From contig OZ024740.1 in NCBI GenBank assembly GCA_964016885.1, forward strand, positions 25,358,001-25,422,000: a stretch of DNA of 64,000 nucleotides. Direction: 5' to 3'. This DNA comes from Eledone cirrhosa. Lineage: Eukaryota. This document shows positions 11,829-25,000 of this stretch, one piece after another. The position numbers and the translations under genes are program-made. Positions within the stretch are counted from its first letter, which is position 1. Every line of letters begins with the position of its first letter. A model generated the notes under the pieces. That model had not been told where the DNA came from, ran no database searches, and was given only the letters and a program-made list of their open reading frames with translations.

Positions 11829-13299
11829 CTGTGTTATGTGTGGGTGTGTTATATGTGGCTGTGTTGTATGTAGTTGTGTTATGTGTGGCTGTGTTGTATG
11901 TGGCTGTGTTATATGTGGCTGTGTTATGTGTGCCTGTGTTATATGTGGCTGTGTTTTATGTGTCTGTGTTGTATGTGGCTGTGTTGTATGTGGCTGTGTC
12001 GTATGTGGTTGTGTTATGTGTGCCTGTATTATATGTGGCTGTGTTGTATGTGTCTGTGTTGTATGTGGCTGTGTTATATGTGGCTGTGTTGTATGAGGCT
12101 GTGTCGTATGTGACTTTGATATGTATGTCGGTGTTGTATGTGGCTGTGCTATATGTGGCTGTGTTATGTGTGGCTGTGTTATATGTGGCTGTGTTATATG
12201 TGGCTGTGTTGTATGTGGATGTGTTGTATGTGGCTGTGTTGTATGTGGCTGTGTTGTATGTGGCTGTGTTGTATATGGTTGTGTTGCATGTGTCTGTGTT
12301 GTATGTTGCTGTGTTGTATGTGGCTGTGTTATATATTGCTGTGTTGTATGTGGCTGTTATGTGTGCCTGTGTTATATATGGCTGTGTTGTGTGTGGCTGT
12401 GTTCTATGTGGCTGAGTTGTGTTGTATGTGGCCGTGTTGTATGTGGCGGTGTTGTATGTGGCTGTGTTGTATGTGGCTGTGTTGTATGTGGCTGTGTTAT
12501 ATATTGCTGTGTTGTATGTGGCTGTTATGTGTGCCTGTGTTATATATGGCTGTGTTGTGTGTGGCTGTGTTCTATGTGGCTGAGTTGTGTTGTATGTGGC
12601 CGTGTTGTAAGTGGCGGTGTTGTATGTGGCTGTGTTGTATGTGGCTGTGTTGTATGTGGCTGTGTCGCTGTGTTGTTTGTGGCTGTGTTATATGTGGCTG
12701 TGTTATATGTGGCTGTGTTGTATGTGGTTGTGTTGTATGTGGCTGTGTTGTATGTGGCTGTGTCGCTGTGTTGTATGGCTGTGTTGTATGTGGTTGTGTT
12801 ATATGTGGCTGTGTTGTATGTGGCTGTGTTATATGTGGCTGTGTTATATATGGCTGTGTTGTATGTGGCTGTGTTGTATGTGGCAGTGTTATATGTGGCT
12901 GTGTTGTATGTGGCTGTGTTATATGTGGCTGTGTTGTATGTGGCTGTGTTGTATGTGGCTGTGTTGTATGTGGCAGTGTTGTATGTGGCTGTGTCGCTGT
13001 GTTGTATGTGGCTGTGGTATGTGTGCCTGTGTTATATGTGGCTGTGTTGTATGAGGCTGTGTTTTATGTGGCTGTGTTGTATGTGGCTTTGATATGTGTG
13101 TCTGTGTTGTATGTGGCTGTGTTATATGTGGCTGTGTTATGTGTGGCTGTGTTATATGTGGCCGTGTTATATGTGGCTGTGTTGTATGTGGCTGTGTTAT
13201 GTGGGCCTGTGTTATATGTGGCTGTGTTGTATGAGGCTGTGTTGTATGTGGCTGTGTTATATGTGGCTGTGTTATGTGTGACTGTGTTATATGTGGCTG

Positions 13300-16200
13300 T
13301 GTTGTATGTGGCTGTGTTGTATGTGGCTTTGATATGTGTGTCTGTGTTGTATGTGGCTGTGTTATATGTGGCTGTGTTGTATGTGGCTGTGTTATATGTG
13401 GCTGTGTTGTATGTGGTTGTGTTGTATGTGGCTGTGTTATATGTGGCTGTGTTATGTGTGACTGTGTTATATGTGGCTGTGTTGTATGTGGCTGTGTTGT
13501 ATGTGGCTTTGATATGTGTGTCTGTGTTGTATGTGGCTGTGTTATATGTGGCTGTGTTATGTGTGGCTGTGTTATATGTGGCCGTGTTATATGTGGCTGT
13601 GTTGTATGTGGCTGTGTTATGTGTGCCTGTGTTATATGTGGCTGTGTTATCTGTGGCTGTGTTATATGTGGCTGTGTTATGCGTGACTGTGTTATATGTG
13701 GCTGTGTTGTATGTGGCTGTGTTGTATGTGGTTTTGATATGTGTGTCTGTGTTGTATGTGGCTGTGTTATATGTGGCTGTGTTATGTGTGGCTGTGTTAT
13801 ATGTGGCCGTGTTATATGTGGCTGTGTTGTATGTGGCTGTGTTATGTGTGCCTGTGTTATATGTGGCTGTGTTGTGTGGCTGTGTTGTATGTGGCTGTGT
13901 TGTATGTGGCTGTGTTATGTGTGGCTGTGTTGTATGTGGCTGTGTTATATGAGGCTGTGTTATATGTGGCTGTGTTATATGTGGCTGTGTTATGTGGCTC
14001 GTTTGTATGTGGCTGTGTTGTATGTGGCTGTGTTGTATGTGGCTGTGTTATATGTGGCTGTGTTATATGTGGCTGTGTTATATGTGGCTGTGTTATGTGG
14101 CTCGTTTGTATGTGGCTGTGTTGTATGTGGCTGTGTTATATGTGGCAGTGTTATATGTGGCTGTGTTATATGTGGCTGTGTTATGTGGCTGTGTTGTATG
14201 TGGCTGTGTTGTATGTGGCTGTGTTATATGTGGCTGTGTTATATGTGGCTGTGTTATGTGGCTCGTTTGTATGTGGCTGTGTTATGTGGCTCGTTTGTAT
14301 GTGGCTGTGTTGTATGTGGTTGTGTTGTATGTGGCTGTGTTATATGTGGTTGTGTTATGTGGCTGTGTTGTATGTGGCTGTGTTGTATGTGGCTGTGTTG
14401 TATGTGGCTGTGTTGTATGTGGCTGTGTTATGTGTGCCTGTGTTATATGTGGCTGTGTTGTATGTGGTTGTGTTATGTGGCTGTGTTGTATGTGGCTGTG
14501 TTGTATGAGGCTGTGTTATATGTGGCTGTGTTGTATGTGGCTGTGTTATATGTGGCTGTGTTATATGTGGTTGTGTTATGTGGCTGTGTTGTATGTGGCT
14601 GTGTTATATGTGGCTGTGTTGTATGTGGCTGTGTTATATGTGGCTGTGTTATATGTGGTTGTGTTATGTGGCTGTGTTGTATGTGGCTGTGTTATATGTG
14701 GCCGTGTTGTATGTGACTGTGTTAAATGTGGCTGTGTTATATGTGGTTGTGTTATATGTGGCTGTGTTATATGTGGCTGTGTTATATGTGGCTGTGTTAT
14801 ATGTGGCTGTGTTGTATGTGGCTGTATTGTATGTGGCTGTGTTATATGTGGCTGTGTTATGTGGCTGTGTTGTATGTGGCGGTGTTGTATGTGGCTGTGT
14901 TGTATGTGGCTGTGTTTTATGTGGCTGTGTTATATGTGGCTGTGTTGTATGTGGCTGTGTTATATGTGGCTATGTTATATGTGGTTGTGTTGTATGTGGC
15001 TGTGTGGCTTGGTTGTATGTGGCTGTGTTGTATGTGGCTGTGTTATGTGTGGCTGTGTTAAATGTGGCTGTGTTATATGTGGCTGTGTTATATGTGGCTG
15101 TGTTGTATGTGGCTGTGTTGTATGTGGCTATGTTATATATGGCTGTGTTATATGTGGCTGTGTTATATGTGGTTGTATTATATGTGGCTGTGTTATATGT
15201 GGTTGTGTTATGTGGCTGTGTTATATGTGGCTGTGTTATATGTGGCTGTGTTGTATGTGGCTGTGTTATATGTGGCTGTTATATGTGGTTGTGTTATGTG
15301 GCTGTGTTATATGTGGCTGTGTTATATGTGCCTGTGTTGTATGTGGCTGTGTTGTATGTGGCTGTGTTAAATGTGGCTGTGTTATATGTGGTTGTGTTAT
15401 ATGTGGCTGTGTTATATGTGGCTGTGTTATATGTGGCTGTGTTGTATGTGGCTGTATTGTATGTGGCTGTGTTATATGTGGCTGTGTTATATGTGGCTGT
15501 GTTGTATGTGGCTGTGTTGTATGTGGCTGTGTTGTACTTGGCTGTGTTGTATGTGGCTGTGTGGCTGTGTTGTATGTGGCTGTGTTATATGTGGCTGTGT
15601 TATATGTGGCTGTGTTAAATGTGGCTGTGTTATATGTGGCTGTGTTATATGTGGCTGTGTTATATGGGGCTGTGTTGTATGTGGCTGTGTTGTACTTGGC
15701 TGTGTTGTATGTGGCTGTGTGGCTGTGTTATATGTGGCTGTGTTATATGTGGCTGTGTTATATGTGGCTGTGTTAAATGTGGCTGTGTTATATGTGGCTG
15801 TGTTATATGTGGCTGTGTTATATGGGGCTGTGTTGTATGTGGCTGTGTTGTACTTGGCTGTGTTGTATGTGGCTGTGTGGCTGTGTTGTATGTGGCTTTG
15901 ATATGTGTGTCTGTGTTGTATGTGGCTGTGTTATATGTGGCTGTGTTCTATGTGGCTGTGATGTATGTGGCTGTGTTATATGTGGCTGTGTTGTATGTGG
16001 CTGTGTTGTATGTGGCTGTGTTATATGTGGCTGTGTTGTATGTGGTTGTGTTGTATGTGGCTGTGTTGTATGTGGCTGTGTTATATGTGGCTGTGTTATG
16101 TGTGACTGTGTTATATGTGGCTGTGTTGTATGTGGCTGTGTTGTATGTGGCTTTGATATGTGTGTCTGTGTTGTATGTGGCTGTGTTATATGTGGCTGTG

Positions 16201-19200
16201 TTATGTGTGGCTGTGTTATATGTGGCCGTGTTATATGTGGCTGTGTTGTATGTGGCTGTGTTATGTGTGCCTGTGTTATATGTGGCTGTGTTATCTGTGG
16301 CTGTGTTATATGTGGCTGTGTTATGCGTGACTGTGTTATATGTGGCTGTGTTGTATGTGGCTGTGTTGTATGTGGCTTTGATATGTGTGTCTGTGTTGTA
16401 TGTGGCTGTGTTATATGTGGCTGTGTTATGTGTGGCTGTGTTATATGTGGCCGTGTTATATGTGGCTGTGTTGTATGTGGCTGTGTTATGTGTGCCTGTG
16501 TTATATGTGGCTGTGTTGTGTGGCTGTGTTGTATGTGGCTGTGTTGTATGTGGCTGTGTTATGTGTGGCTGTGTTGTATGTGGCTGTGTTATATGTGGCT
16601 GTGTTATATGTGGCTGTGTTATATGTGGCTGTGTTATGTGGCTCGTTTGTATGTGGCTGTGTTGTATGTGGCTGTGTTGTATGTGGCTGTGTTATATGTG
16701 GCTGTGTTATATGTGGCTGTGTTATATGTGGCTGTGTTATGTGGCTCGTTTGTATGTGGCTGTGTTGTATGTGGCTGTGTTATATGTGGCAGTGTTATAT
16801 GTGGCTGTGTTATATGTGGCTGTGTTATGTGGCTGTGTTGTATGTGGCTGTGTTGTATGTGGCTGTGTTGTATGTGGCTGTGTTATATGTGGCTGTGTTA
16901 TATGTGGCTGTGTTATGTGGCTCGTTTGTATGTGGCTGTGTTATGTGGCTCGTTTGTATGTGGCTGTGTTGTATGTGGTTGTGTTGTATGTGGCTGTGTT
17001 ATATGTGGTTGTGTTATGTGGCTGTGTTGTATGTGGCTGTGTTGTATGTGGCTGTGTTGTATGTGGCTGTGTTGTATGTGGCTGTGTTATGTGTGCCTGT
17101 GTTATATGTGGCTGTGTTGTATGTGGTTGTGTTATGTGGCTGTGTTGTATGTGGCTGTGTTGTATGAGGCTGTGTTATATGTGGCTTTGTTGTATGTGGC
17201 TGTGTTATATGTGGCTGTGTTATATGTGGTTGTGTTATGTGGCTGTGTTGTATGTGGCTGTGTTATATGTGGCTGTGTTGTATGTGGCTGTGTTATATGT
17301 GGCTGTGTTATATGTGGTTGTGTTATGTGGCTGTGCTGTATGTGGCTGTGTTATATGTGGCCGTGTTGTATGTGACTGTGTTAAATGTGGCTGTGTTATA
17401 TGTGGTTGTGTTATATGTGGCTGTGTTATATGTGGCTGTGTTATATGTGGCTGTGTTGTATGTGGCTGTATTGTATGTGGCTGTGTTATATGTGGCTGTG
17501 TTATGTGGCTGTGTTGTATGTGGCGGTGTTGTATGTGGCTGTGTTGTATGTGGCTGTGTTTTATGTGGCTGTGTTATATGTGGCTGTGTTGTATGTGGCT
17601 GTGTTATATGTGGCTATGTTATATGTGGTTGTGTTGTATGTGGCTGTGTGGCTTGGTTGTATGTGGCTGTGTTGTATGTGGCTGTGTTATGTGTGGCTGT
17701 GTTAAATGTGGCTGTGTTATATGTGGCTGTGTTATATGTGGCTGTGTTGTATGTGGCTGTGTTGTATGTGGCTATGTTATATATGGCTGTGTTATATGTG
17801 GCTGTGTTATATGTGATTGTATTATATGTGGCTGTGTTATATGTGGTTGTGTTATGTGGCTGTGTTATATGTGGCTGTGTTATATGTGGCTGTGTTGTAT
17901 GTGGCTGTGTTATATGTGGCTGTGTTATATGTGGTTGTGTTATGTGGCTGTGTTATATGTGGCTGTGTTATATGTGGTTGTGTTGTATGGCTGTGTTATA
18001 TGTGGCTGTGTTATATGTGGCTGTGTTATATGTGGCTGTGTTAAATGTGGCTGTGTTATATGTGGCTGTGTTATATGGGGCTGTGTTGTATGTGGCTGTG
18101 TTGTACTTGGCTGTGTTGTATGTGGCTGTGTGGCTGTGTTGTATGTGGCTGTGTGGCTGTGTTGTATGTGGCTGTGTTGTATGTGGCTGTGTTGTATGTG
18201 GCGGTGTTGTATGTGGCTGTGTTGTATGTGGCTGTGTTTTATGTGGCTGTGTTATATGTGGCTGTGTTGTATGTGGCTGTGTTATATGTGGCTGTGTTGT
18301 ATGTGGCTGTGTTGTATGTGGCTGTGTTATATGGGGCTGTGTTGTATGTGGCTGTGTTGTACTTGGCTGTGTTGTATGTGGCTGTGTGGCTGTGTTGTAT
18401 GTGGCTGTGTTGTACTTGGCTGTGTTGTATGTGGCTGTGTTATATGTGGCTGTGTTGTATGTGGCTGTGTTGTATGTGGTTGTGTTATATGTGGTTATGT
18501 TGTATGTGGCTGTGTTATATGTGGTTGTGTTATATGTGGCTGTGTTGTATGTGGCTGTGTTATATGTGGCTGTGTTATATGTGGTTGTGTTGTATGTGGC
18601 TGTGTTATATGTGGCTGTGTTATATGTGGTTGTGTTGTATGTGGCTGTGTTATATGTGGTTGTGTTGTATGTGGCTGTGTTGTATGTGGCTGTGTTATAT
18701 GTGGCTGTGTTATATATGGCTGTGTTGTATGTGGCTGTGTTATGTGTGCCTGTGTTATATATTGCTGTGTTGTGTGTGGCTGTGTTCTATGTGGCTGAGT
18801 TGTGTTGTATGTGGCGGTGTTGTATGTGGCTGTGTTGTATGTGGCCGTGTTGTATGTGACTGTGTTATATGTGGCTGTGTTATGTGTGGCTGTGTTATAT
18901 GTGGCCGTGTTGTATGTGGCTGTGTTGTATGTGGCTGTGTTGTATGTGGCTTTATTGTATGTGGCTGTGTTATATGTGGCTGTGTTATATGTGGCTGTGT
19001 TGTATGTGGCTGTCTTGTATGTGGCTGTGTTGTATGTGGCTGTGTTATGTGTGGCTGTGTTATATGTGGCTGTGTTATATGTGGCTGTGTTGTATGTGGC
19101 TCTGTTGTGTGTGGCTGTGTTGTATGTGGCTGTGTTATATGTGGCTGTGTTATATGTGGCTGTGTTATATGTTGCTGTGTTGTATGTGGCTGTGTTGTAT

Positions 19201-22200
19201 GTGGTTGTGATGTATGTGGCTGTGTTATATGTGGTTGTGTTGTATGTGGTTGTGTTGTATGTGGCTGTGTTGTATGTGGCCGTGTTGTATGTGGCGGTGT
19301 TGTATGTGGCTGTGTTGTATGTGGCTGTGTTGTATGTGGCTGTGTCGCTGTGTTGTTTGTGGCTGTGTTATGTGTGGCTGTGTTATATGTGGCTGTGTTA
19401 TATGTGGCTGTGTTGTATGTGGTTGTGTTGTATGTGGCTGTGTTGTATGTGGCTGTGTCGCTGTGTTGTATGGCTGTGTTGTATGTGGTTGTGTTATATG
19501 TGGCTGTGTTGTATGTGGCAGTGTTATATGTGGCTGTGTTATATGTGGCTGTGTTGTATGTGGCTGTGTTATATGTGGCTGTGTTGTATGTGGCTGTGTT
19601 GTATGTGGCTGTGTTGTATGTGGCAGTGTTGTATGTGGCTGTGTCGCTGTGTTGTATGTGGCTGTGGTATGTGTGCCTGTGTTATATGTGGCTGTGTTGT
19701 ATGAGGCTGTGTTTTATGTGGCTGTGTTGTATGTGGCTTTGATATGTGTGTCTGTGTTGTATGTGGCTGTGTTATATGTGGCTGTGTTATGTGTGGCTGT
19801 GTTATATGTGGCCGTGTTATATGTGGCTGTGTTGTATGTGGCTGTGTTATGTGTGCCTGTGTTATATGTGGCTGTGTTGTATGAGGCTGTGTTGTATCTG
19901 GCTGTGTTATATGTGGCTGTGTTGTATGTGGCTGTGTTATATGTGGCTGTGTTGTATGTGGTTGTGTTGTATGTGGCTGTGTTATATGTGGCTGTGTTAT
20001 GTGTGACTGTGTTATATGTGGCTGTGTTGTATGTGGCTGTGTTGTATGTGGCTTTGATATGTGTGTCTGTGTTGTATGTGGCTGTGTTATATGTGGCTGT
20101 GTTCTATGTGGCTGTGATGTATGTGGCTGTGTTATATGTGGCTGTGTTATATGTGGCTGTGTTGTATGTGGCTGTGTTATATGTGGCTGTGTTGTATGTG
20201 GTTGTGTTGTATGTGGCTGTGTTATATGTGGCTGTGTTATGTGTGACTGTGTTATATGTGGCTGTGTTGTATGTGGCTGTGTTGTATGTGGCTTTGATAT
20301 GTGTGTCTGTGTTGTATGTGGCTGTGTTATATGTGGCTGTGTTATGTGTGGCTGTGTTATATGTGGCCGTGTTATATGTGGCTGTGTTGTATGTGGCTGT
20401 GTTATGTGTGCCTGTGTTATATGTGGCTGTGTTATCTGTGGCTGTGTTATATGTGGCTGTGTTATGCGTGACTGTGTTATATGTGGCTGTGTTGTATGTG
20501 GCTGTGTTGTATGTGGCTTTGATATGTGTGTCTGTGTTGTATGTGGCCGTGTTATATGTGGCTGTGTTGTATGTGGCTGTGTTATGTGTGCCTGTGTTAT
20601 GTGTGGCTGTGTTGTGTGGCTGTGTTGTATGTGGCTGTGTTGTATGTTGGTGTGTTATGTGTGGCTGTGTTGTATGTGGCTGTGTTATATGTGGCTGTGT
20701 TATATGTGGCTGTGTTATATGTGGCTGTGTTATGTGGCTCGTTTGTATGTGGCTGTGTTGTATGTGGCTGTGTTGTATGTGGCTGTGTTATATGTGGCTG
20801 TGTTATATGTGGCTGTGTTATATGTGGCTGTGTTATGTGGCTCGTTTGTATGTGGCTGTGTTGTATGAGGCTGTGTTATATGTGGCAGTGTTATATGTGG
20901 CTGTGTTATATGTGGCTGTGTTATGTGGCTGTGTTGTATGTGGCTGTGTTGTATGTGGCTGTGTTGTATGTGGCTGTGTTATATGTGGCTGTGTTATATG
21001 TGGCTGTGTTATGTGGCTCGTTTGTATGTGGCTGTGTTATGTGGCTCGTTTGTATGTGGCTGTGTTGTATGTGGTTGTGTTGTATGTGGCTGTGTTATAT
21101 GTGGTTGTGTTATGTGGCTGTGTTGTATGTGGCTGTGTTGTATGTGGCTGTGTTGTATGTGGCTGTGTTGTATGTGGCTGTGTTATGTGTGCCTGTGTTA
21201 TATGTGGCTGTGTTGTATGTGGTTGTGTTATGTGGCTGTGTTGTATGTGGCTGTGTTGTATGAGGCTGTGTTATATGTGGCTGTGTTGTATGTGGCTGTG
21301 TTATATGTGGCTGTGTTATATGTGGTTGTGTTATGTGGCTGTGTTGTATGTGGCTGTGTTATATGTGGCTGTGTTGTATGTGGCTGTGTTATATGTGGCT
21401 GTGTTATATGTGGTTGTGTTATGTGGCTGTGTTGTATGTGGCTGTGTTATATGTGGCCGTGTTGTATGTGACTGTGTTAAATGTGGCTGTGTTATATGTG
21501 GTTGTGTTATATGTGGCTGTGTTATATATGGCTGTGTTGTATGTGGCTGTGTTATGTGTGCCTGTGTTATATATTGCTGTGTTGTGTGTGGCTGTGTTCT
21601 ATGTGGCTGAGTTGTGTTGTATGTGGCGGTGTTGTATGTGGCTGTGTTGTATGTGGCCGTGTTGTATGTGACTGTGTTATATGTGGCTGTGTTATGTGTG
21701 GCTGTGTTATATGTGGCCGTGTTGTATGTGGCTGTGTTGTATGTGGCTGTGTTGTATGTGGCTTTATTGTATGTGGCTGTGTTGTATGTGGCTGTGTTGT
21801 ATGTGGCTGTGTTATATGTGGTTGTGTTGTATGTGGATGTCTTGTATGTTGCTGTGTTGTATGTGGCTGTGTTATGTGTGGCTGTGTTATATGTGGCTGT
21901 GTTATATGTGGCTGTGTTGTATGTGGCTCTGTTGTGTGTGGCTGTGTTGTATGTGGCTGTGTTATATGTGGCTGTGTTATATGTGGCTGTGTTATATGTT
22001 GCTGTGTTGTATGTGGCTGTGTTGTATGTGGTTGTGATGTATGTGGCTGTGTTATCTGTGGTTGTGTTGTATGTGTTTGTGTTGTATGTGGCTGTGTTGT
22101 ATGTGGCCGTGTTGTATGTGGCGGTGTTGTATGTGGCTGTGTTGTATGTGGCTGTGTTGTATGTGGCTGTGTCGCTGTGTTGTTTGTGGCTGTGTTATGT

Positions 22201-25000
22201 GTGGCTGTGTTATATGTGGCTGTGTTATATGTGGCTGTTTTGTATGTGGTTGTGTTGTATGTGGCTGTGTTGTATGTGGCTGTGTCGCTGTGTTGTATGG
22301 CTGTGTTGTATGTGGTTGTGTTATATGTGGCTGTGTTGTATGTGGCTGTGTTATATGTGGCTGTGTTATATATGGCTGTGTTGTATGTGGCAGTGTTATA
22401 TGTGGCTGTGTTATATGTGGCTGTGTTGTATTTGGCTGTGTTATATGTGGCTGTGTTGTATGTGGCTGTGTTGTATGTGGCTGTGTTGTATGTGGCAGTG
22501 TTGTATGTGGCTGTGTCGCTGTGTTGTATGTGGCTGTGGTATGTGTGCCTGTGTTATATGTGGCTGTGTTGTATGAGGCTGTGTTTTATGTGGCTGTGTT
22601 GTATGTGGCTTTGATATGTGTGTCTGTGTTGTATGTGGCTGTGTTATATGTGGCTGTGTTATGTGTGGCTGTGTTATATGTGGCCGTGTTATATGTGGCT
22701 GTGTTGTATGTGGCTGTGTTATGTGTGCCTGTGTTATATGTGGCTGTGTTGTATGAGGCTGTGTTGTATCTGGCTGTGTTGTATGTGGCTGTGATATGTG
22801 TGTCTGTGTTGTATGTGGCTGTGTTATATGTGGCTGTGTTCTATGTGGCTGTGATGTATGTGGCTGTGTTATATGTGGCTGTGTTATATGTGGCTGTGTT
22901 GTATGTGGCTGTGTTATATGTGGCTGTGTTGTATGTGGTTGTGTTGTATGTGGCTGTGTTATATGTGGCTGTGTTATGTGTGACTGTGTTATATGTGGCT
23001 GTGTTGTATGTGGCTGTGTTGTATGTGGCTTTGATATGTGTGTCTGTGTTGTATGTGGCTGTGTTATATGTGGCTGTGTTATGTGTGGCTGTGTTGTATG
23101 TGGCTGTGTTATGTGTGCCTGTGTTATATGTGGCTGTGTTATCTGTGGCTGTGTTATATGTGGCTGTGTTATGCGTGACTGTGTTATATGTGGCTGTGTT
23201 GTATGTGGCTGTGTTGTATGTGGCTTTGATATGTGTGTCTGTGTTGTATGTGGCTGTGTTATATGTGGCTGTGTTATGTGTGGCTGTGTTATATGTGGCC
23301 GTGTTATATGTGGCTGTGTTGTATGTGGCTGTGTTATGTGTGCCTGTGTTATGTGTGGCTGTGTTGTGTGGCTGTGTTGTATGTGACTGTGTTGTATGTG
23401 GCTGTGTTATGTGTGGCTGTGTTGTATGTGGCTGTGTTATATGTGGCTGTGTTATATGTGGCTGTGTTATATGTGGCTGTGTTATGTGGCTCGTTTGTAT
23501 GTGGCTGTGTTGTATGTGGCTGTGTTGTATGTGGCTGTGTTATATGTGGCTGTGTTATATGTGGCTGTGTTATATGTGGCTGTGTTATGTGGCTCGTTTG
23601 TATGTGGCTGTGTTGTATGTGGCTGTGTTATATGTGGCAGTGTTATATGTGGCTGTGTTATATGTGGCTGTGTTATGTGGCTGTGTTGTATGTGGCTGTG
23701 TTGTATGTGGCTGTGTTGAATGTGGCTGTGTTATATGTGGCTGTGTTATATGTGGCTGTGTTATGTGGCTCGTTTGTATGTGGCTGTGTTATGTGGCTCG
23801 TTTGTATATGGCTGTGTTGTATGTGGTTGTGTTGTATGTGGCTGTGTTATATGTGGTTGTGTTATGTGGCTGTGTTGTATGTGGCTGTGTTGTATGTGGC
23901 TGTGTTGTATATGGCTGTGTTGTATGTGGCTGTGTTATGTGTGCCTGTGTTATATGTGGCTGTGTTGTATGTGGTTGTGTTATGTGGCTGTGTTGTATGT
24001 GGCTGTGTTGTATGAGGCTGTGTTATATGTGGCTGTGTTGTATGTGGCTGTGTTATATGTGGCTGTGTTATATGTGGTTGTGTTATGTGGCTGTGTTGTA
24101 TGTGGCTGTGTTATATGTGGCTGTGTTGTATGTGGCTGTGTTATATGTGGCTGTGTTATATGTGGTTGTGTTATGTGGCTGTGTTGTATGTGGCTGTGTT
24201 ATATGTGGCCGTGTTGTATGTGACTGTGTTAAATGTGGCTGTGTTATATGTGGTTGTGTTATATGTGGCTGTGTTATATGTGGCTGTGTTATATGTGGCT
24301 GTGTTGTATGTGGCTGTATTGTATGTGGCTGTGTTATATGTGGCTGTGTTATGTGGCTGTGTTGTATGTGGCGGTGTTGTATGTGGCTGTGTTGTATGTG
24401 ACTGTGTTATATGTGGCTGTGTTGTATGTGGCTGTGTTATATGTGGCTATGTTATATGTGGTTGTGTTGTATGTGACTGTGTGGCTTGGTTGTATGTGGC
24501 TGTGTTATATGTGGCTGTGTTATATGTGGCTGTGTTGTATGTGGCTGTGTTGTATGTGGCTATGTTATATATGGCTGTGTTATATGTGGCTGTGTTATAT
24601 GTGGTTGTATTATATGTGGCTGTGTTATATGTGGTTGTGTTATGTGGCTGTGTTATATGTGGCTATGTTATATGTGGCTGTGTTATATGTGGCTGTGTTG
24701 TATGTGGCTGTGTTATATGTGGCTGTGTTATATGTGGTTGTGTTATGTGGCTGTGTTATATGTGGCTGTGTTATATGTGGCTGTGTTGTATGTGGCTGTG
24801 TTGTATGTGGCTGTGTTAAATGTGGCTGTGTTATATGTGGTTGTGTTATATGTGGCTGTGTTATATGTGGCTGTGTTAAATGTGGCTGTGTTATATGTGG
24901 CTGTGTCATATGGGGCTGTGTTGTATGTGGCTGTGTTATATGGGGCTGTGTTGTATGTGGCTGTGTTGTACTTGGCTGTGTTGTATGTGGCTGTGTGGCT
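13300..25000 (+). repeat. Domain of ~2.6-2.9 kb higher-order repeats carrying the CTCGTTTG cassette (4 copies)
   Basis: Offsets 2644/2659 (13741/16385, 14578/17237, 14726/17385), 2812-2872 (18802/21614, 18869/21681, 19214/22041) and 6848 (16385/23233, 17237/24085, 17385/24233). CTCGTTTG clusters at ~14.0, 16.6, 20.7 and 23.5 kb. Confidence 0.85.
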
